The notes under the pieces were generated by a model. It saw only the letters and a list, made by a program, of their open reading frames with translations, did not search any database and was not told the origin of the DNA. A stretch of 64,000 bases of DNA from an uncultured Gemmatimonadales bacterium (lineage in GTDB: Bacteria; Gemmatimonadota; Gemmatimonadetes; Gemmatimonadales; GWC2-71-9), in NCBI GenBank assembly GCA_963844035.1, contig CAWJMT010000005.1:128001-192000 (forward strand), given 5' to 3'. Positions 56,396 to 64,000 of the stretch are shown piece by piece. The position numbers and the translations under genes are program-made. Position 1 is the stretch's first letter. Every line of letters starts with the position of its first letter.

Positions 56396-56927
56396 ATGAG
56401 CCCCCGATTCACAACGATCGCCGCGTGCTGCGGCGCTTTCTGCTTCACCAGCCTGCACGCCCAGAATCCCGTCACCAGTGCCACGCAGCGGCTCGCCACC
56501 CGCGCGGCCGGCCATCTGATCGGGGCCGCCGAGGAAATGCCGGCCGACAAGTACGGCTACAAGCCGACGCCCGCGCAGATGACGTTTGGCGAAGTGGTCG
56601 TGCACCTGGTGGAGGGAAACCGCGAGATGTGCGGGTGGGTGGCGGGCACAACGCCCGCCCAGCCGGCGAAGGTCACGCCGCAAGACACCAAGGAGACCCT
56701 GGTGCCGCAGCTCAAGCAGTCGTTCGACTTCTGTAGCACGGCGCTCAGCGGTGTGGACGACTCGAAGCTCGCCGACAGCGTTCCCTTCTTCGGCGGCAAG
56801 AAGGTGACGCGTGCGCTGGCGATGCTGGTCGCTGATCGACGACTGGGCGGACCACTACAGTCAGCTCGCGATCTACCTGCGCTTGAACGGGCTGCTGCCG
56901 CCCTCGGCCAAGAAGAAGCAGGGCTAG
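56396..56927 (+). CDS. Secreted DinB-family protein; frameshift near 56835 fuses it to the SDR
   Basis: AAEEMPADKYGYKPT, HL; alternate frame DHYSQLAIYLRLNGLLPP. Confidence 0.8.
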
Positions 56928-56935
56928 CGACGTCC

Positions 56936-57706
56936 GTGAATCGCGTGAAGGGCAAACTGGCGCTCGTGACGGGAGCGAGCTCGGGGATCGGCGCGGCGTG
57001 CGCGCGTCGTCTGGCCGCCGACGGCGCGCACCTGGTGCTGTGGGCGCGGCGGCGGGATCGCCTCACCGAGCTCGCCGCGGAGCTCGAGCGGGCGCACGGC
57101 ACCACGGTGCGGCTGGGAGCGGTGGACGTGCGCGAGCGCGCCGTGGTGAATCAGGCCGCGGCCGAGCTGGCCGCCGGCGGGCACGTTCCCGACATCCTCA
57201 TCAACAACGCAGGGCTGGCGGCGGGCCTGAACAAGCTGCACGAGGGCGACGTGGACGATTGGGATCGCATGATCGACACGAACCTGAAGGGCTTGCTGAA
57301 CGTGACGCGCGCCATCCTGCCGCACATGGTGGCGCAGCGGCGCGGCCACATCGTCAACATCGGCAGCACGGCCGGGCACATGTCGTATCCCAAGGGGAAC
57401 GTGTACAGCGCGACCAAGGCTGCGGTGCGCTCGCTGACCGACGGGATGAACCTGGACGTCGCGGGGACGCCGATCCGCGTGTCGAGCGTGGACCCCGGCT
57501 TTGTCGAGACGGAGTTTTCGGAGGTGCGGTTTCGCGGTGACGCGCAGCGGGCGAAGGCGGTGTACCACGGCTTCACGCCGCTCTCAGCGGCCGACGTCGC
57601 GGACGCGATCGCCTACGTCGTGAACCTTCCGGAGCATGTCAACATCATCGACCTGATCCTGGTGCCGACGGCCCAGCGGAACATCTACGTCGTAGATCGG
57701 GAATAG
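56936..57706 (+). CDS. SDR oxidoreductase (YdfG-like)
   Basis: TGASSGIG, NNAG, YSATK, PGFVETEFS. Confidence 0.92.
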   Translation: MNRVKGKLALVTGASSGIGAACARRLAADGAHLVLWARRRDRLTELAAELERAHGTTVRLGAVDVRERAVVNQAAAELAAGGHVPDILINNAGLAAGLNKLHEGDVDDWDRMIDTNLKGLLNVTRAILPHMVAQRRGHIVNIGSTAGHMSYPKGNVYSATKAAVRSLTDGMNLDVAGTPIRVSSVDPGFVETEFSEVRFRGDAQRAKAVYHGFTPLSAADVADAIAYVVNLPEHVNIIDLILVPTAQRNIYVVDRE

Positions 57707-58329
57707 CCCCGCCCGTCAGGGCGGGCATGGCGACATCGATAGCCCCGCCGTGAGGGCGGGGCCAGGGAATCAGGTCGGAGCGGTGGGGCTAGTCCGTCGC
57801 CCCATCCTCACGGATGGGGCGACCCGTTTGAGGGTGTCGGCCCTTCGGGCCTAGGTGGTGCGCCTCCTGGTTTCGGATGTACGCGATCAGATGCTCCTCC
57901 GAGAATCTCGACACCGAGAACGCGGAGTACCCTTGCTGCCAGGCAAACTGCCGCAGTCGCGGGAATGTCTCGTGGATCCAGCGCGATGAGTTGGCCTTGA
58001 GCGCGCTCACGAGCTGCGCGATGGACAGGTCGGCTGGGAGCGAGAGGTAGAGATGAACGTGGTCGCGGCATCCCGCCAGCGCAGATGAGCTTCGATCGCT
58101 TCCGTTGTGCCACCGCGCCGAAGTACCGGATACAGCCGATCCTGCCACTCCGGAGCGATCCAGGGCTGGCGCCGATACGTGCTCCACAGACGCAATGGAT
58201 GCGGACGCAGAGATAGGTGTGCGCCACGCGGACAACATTGATGGCGGTACGAGGCTCGACGCATCGTTTGGACGCCGGTCGGGTCAGAAAATTGCGAGAT
58301 CGATAGCCCCGCCCGTGAGGGCGGGGCCA
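57704..58329. mobile_element. IS200/RAYT-like locus with four REP-like hairpins
   Basis: Hairpins at 57704-57726, 57738-57764, 57796-57823 (inverted) and 58302-58329 around tnpA. Confidence 0.7.
57789..58227 (-). CDS. tnpA: IS200/IS605-family HUH (Y1) transposase; frameshifted, C-terminus appears shortened
   Basis: HCVWSTYRRQPWI, DHVHL (HUH), LKANSSRW, FAWQQGYSAFSVS, YIRNQEAHH. Confidence 0.85.
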
Positions 58330-58358
58330 CGCGAGGGACGAGGGTGGGAGAGCGGATC

Positions 58359-59124
58359 TCACGATCGCGCGAACAGCAGCAGCACGTCGTACAGCGCGTG
58401 GGTCCAGGCGGTGATGCCGAAGCCGCGCAACAGGTAGAGCGCGCTGAAGAACACGCCCGCAATCATCCGAAACACAAACGAGTAGAGCGTCAGGCGGTCG
58501 CCGTAGGCGCCGATGTAGTGCGCGGCGGAAAACAGCACGGCGCCGAGCAATGTGGCCCACACGCCCGCGACCGTGGCGCGCCATCCCAGCACCGTGTGCC
58601 CGATCCACGCGAGTGCGGTCACCAGGACCACGCGGAACAACAACTCCTCGTAGATCCCCGCACCGACCGACAACATGATGCGGCTGCCCCAGCCGAGGGT
58701 TTCGGCCGGGGCCTGCAGCATCATTGTCGGGTGGGTGCACGAGCTGCGACGTGAGCGCCGCGACGGCCATGCCGAAGCAGAACGCGAGCCCGCAGGACTC
58801 GACGAGCATCAGGGCGAACACGGTGCCCCGCAAACTGCCGCCATGTTTCCGCATGTCGCGCACAACCAGCCATAGACCGCCGGCGATGAGGCAAGTCATG
58901 AACAAGAGCGGGCCCTGACGTCCCACCAGGGCGACGAACAGGCTCTCGAGCACGACGTCGGCGCCGTTGCGGAGCGACCCCTGGCGCCCCACCGGCTCGA
59001 GGGTCGCGAGGACCTGGTACAGCACAAGCAGCGGGAGTGCGAACAGCAGGCTGTACCGGGGCGCCCGGCTCACCTCCCAGTACGAGGCGCGCCCGAGCAG
59101 GCTGCCGCGCGGCGTGGTTGCCAT
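58359..59124 (-). CDS. CPBP-family intramembrane glutamic endopeptidase; one frameshift
   Basis: AGIYEELLFR, FSAAHY, HALYD. Confidence 0.85.
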
Positions 59125-59126
59125 TG

Positions 59127-61575
59127 TCAGGCTCCGGGTTTCTGCTCCTCGAGCCGCTGTCGCAGCCGAGTGACGGCTTTTTTCGTTTCAGGGTAACGGA
59201 GCGTGGGCTCGACGGCGCGCAGTTTCGCAATCGCGAGATCGCGCCGCAGGGTGGACCGGAAGGCCTGCAACACCCAGCGGCGCACATAGGAGCGCTCGTC
59301 GTCGAGGTGCTGACCCAGCACGTCGAGGGCCCGGGGGCTCCCGCGGTTCGCCAGCGCACCGAGCACATGCGGCGAGGCGCGCAGCTGCCCCATGGTCCCC
59401 TCGACCTGGCCGATGAAACTGGTGTCGTTCGACTGGGCGATGGCCCGCAACGCGGCCGTGGCGATCACGTCCTGGTAGGACGGCTGCGCGAGTCCGTGAG
59501 CGATCCACGCGCGCCGGTTGGTGGAATCGACGTGCGCCAGGGTCGCGACGGCGGCGGCCGCGCACCTGGTAGCTCGAGTCGGCGGTGAGGGCTTGCCGGG
59601 CGAGGGTGACGGCCCGGTCACCGCCGATCTCTCCGAGCGCCGCCATCGCGGCCTGCCGTACGTCGGCGGACGTGTCCCGCAGGGCGACTTCGACAGCGGG
59701 CAGGGCGACCGCGGGCGGGACGGCGGCGAGCGCCTCGACCGCGTGCGCCCGGGTGCGGAAGTAGTCCGCACCCGTCGCCGCCTGCACGAGCGCGGCGGCG
59801 GCGACCGTGTCGGCGCCGCGGGCAGCGAGCTGCTGAATCGCCCAGAGACGGTTCCACAAGTCGGGGTCGCGGCGCAGCTGGGCCGCGAGCCAGGCGGTGG
59901 GCTGCTCGAAGTTCAGCGTCTTGAGCAGCGTGTTGTCGTCGTCGAACACGACCATCGTGGGCGGCGTCGCGACGCCCGGGACGGCGATCGTCTGCTCGCG
60001 GGCATCGAGCATGACGCGCTTCACCACGTCGCCGGACGCAGTGCCGACGCGGATGGTGACGGGCATGCGGAACACGGCGGGCGTCGTGTATCGCAGGCCC
60101 GTGCTGTCGGCGGTGCTCGAGTCTACCTGCGTCTGTTGCACGGTCAGGTTGACTTGCCGGGCCGCCGAGTCGTACGCGGCGCTGACCGTGAACTGGGGAT
60201 AGCCGGCCTGGTAGACCCACTGGTCCCAGAACCAGTCGAGATTTTCGCCGGTCGCGAGCAGCACCGCCTGCCGGAAATCGTCCGTGGTGGCGTTGCCCAG
60301 CGCGTGGCGCGTGAGGTACGCGCGCAGCGACGCCCAGAAGCGCTCGGGGCCGAGGTAGCGCTCGAGCATCCGCAGCACCAGCGCGCCCTTGGGGTAGATG
60401 TTGTTCGACGCGAGCGCGGCGAGCGGCATACGGCGCCGCGCGTCGATGTCCATGAACTGCGCGTACTCGTCCAGGTAGTAGTCGTCTTCCGCGCGCGCGC
60501 CGAGCTTGACGCGCCAATACTGTCCCGGCATGTACTCGGCGAACCCTTCGTTGAGCCACATGTTCGCCCAATCGGCGGTGGTCGTGTAGTCGCCGAACCA
60601 CTGATGCGCGAGCTCGTGGGGGATCAAGACCCACAGGAACCAGGGCCGATCCTGGTAGGCGCGCGCGTCGGGGAGCCAGTCCACCAGCGTCGTGGCGCTC
60701 ACGTTCTCCATGCCGCCGAAGAAGTCGGCGACGGTGGTCTGGGCGTACTTCGCCCACGGATACTTGACCCCCGTGAGGCGCGAGAACACGTCGATCATGT
60801 CGGGGGTGACCCGGAACAGCTGCCGGGCGCGCGCGGTGTCTTCGGGATAGACGTAGTAGTCCACGGGGATGCCGCGCCACGAGTCGGCGAGCCGCGTGAG
60901 CGGCGCGACGATGAGGGACACCAGGTAGGTCGAGCTGGGCAGATCCTGGCTCCACTCCACGGTGCGGGTGCCGTTCGTGTTGCGGCGGTCGAGCACCAGC
61001 CGGCCATTCGAGACGACCGAGTATTGCGCCGGCACCGTCACCCGCATGGCCCAGGTCGCGCGGTCGTTCGGGAAGTCGTACGTGGGGAACCAGTAGTGGT
61101 TGTTCATGTCTTCGCCCTGGCTCCAGATCTGCTGCGGGCGGTGCGGCTGTCCATCGGTGGTGATGAACGTCAGCCCGCGGCCGCTTTCCACTCGGCCGCG
61201 GTACTCGATCGTGAACCGCGCGGTGTCGCGGAACGCGACCGGTTTGGCGGGAAAGACCACGAGCGTGTCGCCGTGCGTCGCGAAGCGCAGGGTCGACCCC
61301 GCGGCGCCGGTGACGCGGCGGATCGTGAGCAACTTTCCGGCGTCGAGGATGATCGAGTCCAGGCCGGGCCGCAGGGCGATCAGGGCCGTCGTCACGCGGC
61401 CGTTGAACGCGGTCGAGTCCCAATCGAAATCCCACAGCTCGATGCGCTGGTGCACGAGATCGTAGTCGTGCGAGCGCACGTAGGCACCCTGCGACACGCG
61501 GACTGCGTTCGACTGCGCGGTGAGGGGCGCAGCCAGGAGGACGCAGCAGGCGATCAGTCGGGCGTAACGGGGCAT
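59127..61575 (-). CDS. Secreted M1 aminopeptidase with C-terminal HEAT repeats; frameshift near 59560
   Basis: GGMEN, HELAHQWFGD, WLNEGFA, YPKGA. Confidence 0.93.
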
Positions 61576-61626
61576 CGGCGGACCAGGAGAATGACGTGAG
61601 TGATGGTGGACGTCGGAGAATCTAGT

Positions 61627-61715
61627 GGGCGGGTAGGCGGGAGGGCGGGAGGTACCACGCGATTCCCGCGTCGGTCATGGGGCTACGCGCCTTCCCGGCT
61701 ACCCGCCTTCCGCCT
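61627..61715. repeat. Octamer (GGCGGGWR-like) array with inverted arm overlapping a stop codon
   Basis: ggcgggta ggcgggag ggcgggag ... ctacccgccttccgcc. Confidence 0.5.
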
Positions 61716-63288
61716 GACATCCCGCAGGATCTCCCGCGCCGCGTTGTAGCCGCACGCACCCATCACCCCGCCGCCGGGATGCGTCGCGGCGCCGCACAGA
61801 TAGAGCCCGCGGATCGGGGTGCGGTAGTCGGCGTAGCCGGGGAGCGGGCGCTGGAAGAACAGCTGGTTCAGGGTCATGGCTCCCTGAAAGATGTTGCCGC
61901 CGGTCAGCCCGAAGCGCCGCTCCAGATCGAGCGGCGACAGCACCTGCCGATGAATGACGGCGCGCTTGATGTTGGGCGCATACTCGGCCAGCACATCGAG
62001 GCAGCGGTCGGCGAACGCCTCTTTGCGGTCGTCCCAGCTGCCGTCCCGCAGGGCGTAGGGCGCATACTGCACGAACATCGACATCAGATGCTTCCCCGGC
62101 GGGGCCACGGTGGGGTCCACCACCGACGGAATGGTGCACTCGAGCACGGGGGACTCGGAGGGACGGCCGTACTTCGCGTCGTCGTAGGCGCGCTCCACGT
62201 AGTCGAGGGTCGGCGCGATGTGAATCGTGCCGCGGTGCTGCGGGCCGGGCGCCGTGCCCGGGAGACAGGTGAAATCCGGGAGCTCGGAGAGCGCCACGTT
62301 GATCTTGAGCGACGCGCTGGCGTAGTCCACGTTCCGCACCGCCGCGACGAACTCCGGGTCCAGCTCCGGCGGGGTCGAGCAGCTTGAGGAACGTCACGCT
62401 CAGGTCGGCGTTCGAGACGACGCGCGACGCGCGGAATTCCGTGCCGTCCTCCAACACCACGCCCGTCGCCTGGCCCTCGCGCGTGAGGATCCTCGCGACC
62501 GGACTCGCCACACGGATCTCCACGCCGCGTTCGCGGGCGGCGGCCGCGAGGGCCTCGCTGATGCCGCCCATCCCGCCGCGGGTGTAGCCCCACACGCCGC
62601 GCACGCCGTTCGTCTCGCCCATCACGTGGTGAAACAGCACGTACGCCGTGCCCGGCATGGACGGCGAGGCCATCGCGCCGATGATCGCGTCGGTCGCGAG
62701 CGTGACCTTGAGCTGCTCCGACTCGAACCAGCGGTCGAGGATCGGCCGTGCCGCCCCGGTCAGGATCTCGAGGGCGCGCGGGCCGTCGGCGCCGAGGCGC
62801 GAGAAGCGCCAGGCGAGGGCGGCGAGGCGCACCAGGTCACGCGGCCGGAGCGACCAGGGGTTGGGCGGAGTCTCGAGCAACGTCGGCTCGACAAAGCGGG
62901 CGATGCGCTCGAGCATCGCTTCGTAGCGGGGCAGGGCGTCGGCATCCCGGGCGGAGAACTTCGCGATCTCGCGCCGCGTGAGGGCTCGATCGGGGCCCAT
63001 CATCAGCGAGCGACCGTCGGGGAAGGGCGTGAACGAGGAGGGATCGCGCGGCAGCAGCTCCAGGCCGTGGCGGGCGAGTCCCAGGTCGCGAATGATCTCG
63101 GGGCGGAGCAGGCTGTTCACGTACGCGGCGGTGGAGACGCGGAAGCCCGGCCAGACTTCCTCGGTGACGCACGCCCCGCCGACGACGTCGCGCCGCTCGA
63201 GCACCAGCACCCGCTTTCCCGCGCGCGCGAGATAACCGGCCGTGACGAGGCCGTTGTGGCCGGCGCCGATGATGATGACGTCGAACAA
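61683..63288 (-). CDS. Phytoene-dehydrogenase-like FAD oxidoreductase (PYROXD2-like); frameshift near 62370
   Basis: IGAGHNGLV, LERR..VGGA, GGMG, GLYLCGAATHPGGGVMG. Confidence 0.9.
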
Positions 63289-63303
63289 GGAAACCGACGC
63301 TTA

Positions 63304-64000
63304 CTACGGTCGCGGCGCCTCGACCAACAGGTCGGCCAGCTCGGGTGGGAGGCCCGGGGGGAACACCTCCTCGGCCGGTACCGTGATGAGCTCCGGCCTG
63401 GGACCCGGCCGCCCGTCGCGGCCGACCGGGCCGGGCGCGCCCTTGCGACCCGCGACACCGGCCACCGCATCGGCGCACCGGGTGTTGTCACTACTGTTGA
63501 CGCCCTGACCGCCCTTTCCTCCGTCGCCCCCCGCGCCAGGAGGACCGCCGGGCCCTCCCGGACCACCGGGCGAGCGCGCCACGACGAGCCCGGCGAGGAA
63601 CGGCTGCTCTTCGGGGACGACGATCGTCACCGACCGCCCCGCCCGCCGGGCGCGCCAGGTCCACCATCGCCGCCGTCTCCACCGGGTCCGCCGGCCTGCG
63701 CCGGGCATCCCGACGCACCGGTGCGCCCGTCACGGCCGCGGGTTCCCTGGCTTCCCACACCTCCCCGTCCACCGCGCGATTCGATCGCCAGCCAGTCGGC
63801 GGGGGGGATGGTCCGGGCGTCGTACAACAGATAGAAGGGGGGAGCGATCCCGACTTCGACGCTCGCGACCAGGAGCTTTTCGTAGAACGGAGAATGTCCC
63901 ATCCCGAGTCGTACGATCACATCGGGGCCGTTCAGGCCGCCCTGCATCGCGTCGCCCCCGCCGCCCGCGAACGCGAACGCGTGCGGCATGCAGCTGTAGT
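63304..64000 (-). CDS. Hypothetical protein with collagen-like Gly-X-Y stretches, 5' end outside window; frameshifted
   Basis: GGPGGPGGPPGAGGDGGKGGQG, GRKGAPGPVGRDGRPGP. Confidence 0.6.

Noticed and set aside
56396..57706. DinB-SDR fusion
   Set aside because: The DinB C-terminus and stop lie in another frame (56927), and the SDR has its own GTG at 56936.
63304..64000. Gly-rich region as a DNA repeat element
   Set aside because: Explained by collagen-like Gly-X-Y coding sequence; the gene is truncated by the window edge.

Overview
High-GC bacterial chromosomal window. Gene content and order suggest Gemmatimonadota, but this is inferred, not searched. Many conserved genes (pckA, mfd, hisD, CDF, M1 peptidase and others) are split by single-base frameshifts, most likely long-read assembly indels, so reconstructed CDS ends are approximate. 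1-45 kb is mostly housekeeping: PP2C, HD protein, pckA, a metal-uptake operon, nfo, pcm, an ABC exporter, envC-ftsX-ftsE, a HATPase/STAS pair, glk, waaF, lepA, a short rho, DUF58/BatA, mfd, two PPIases, pdxA, hisG/hisZ/hisD, CDF and typA. A stand-alone tRNA-Ile(GAT) at 45.9 kb precedes an accessory-looking stretch containing SRPBCC/ArsR and an uncharacterised five-gene DyP-peroxidase cluster. This is followed by P-II, a YeeE pair, an IS200-like tnpA with REP-like hairpins, and peptidases. Most notable signals: (1) a frameshift-hidden signal-peptide/CxxC/RAPP leader ORF plus stem-loop ahead of the metal-uptake operon; (2) an AT-rich rod-like inverted repeat with G-U-biased pairing upstream of P-II; (3) the DyP cluster; (4) several families of 7-8-mer tandem-plus-inverted mini-elements, some translated in frame and one bracketing a lipoprotein gene; (5) a Rho lacking its primary RNA-binding determinants. 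No CRISPR array, rRNA or integrase was seen.
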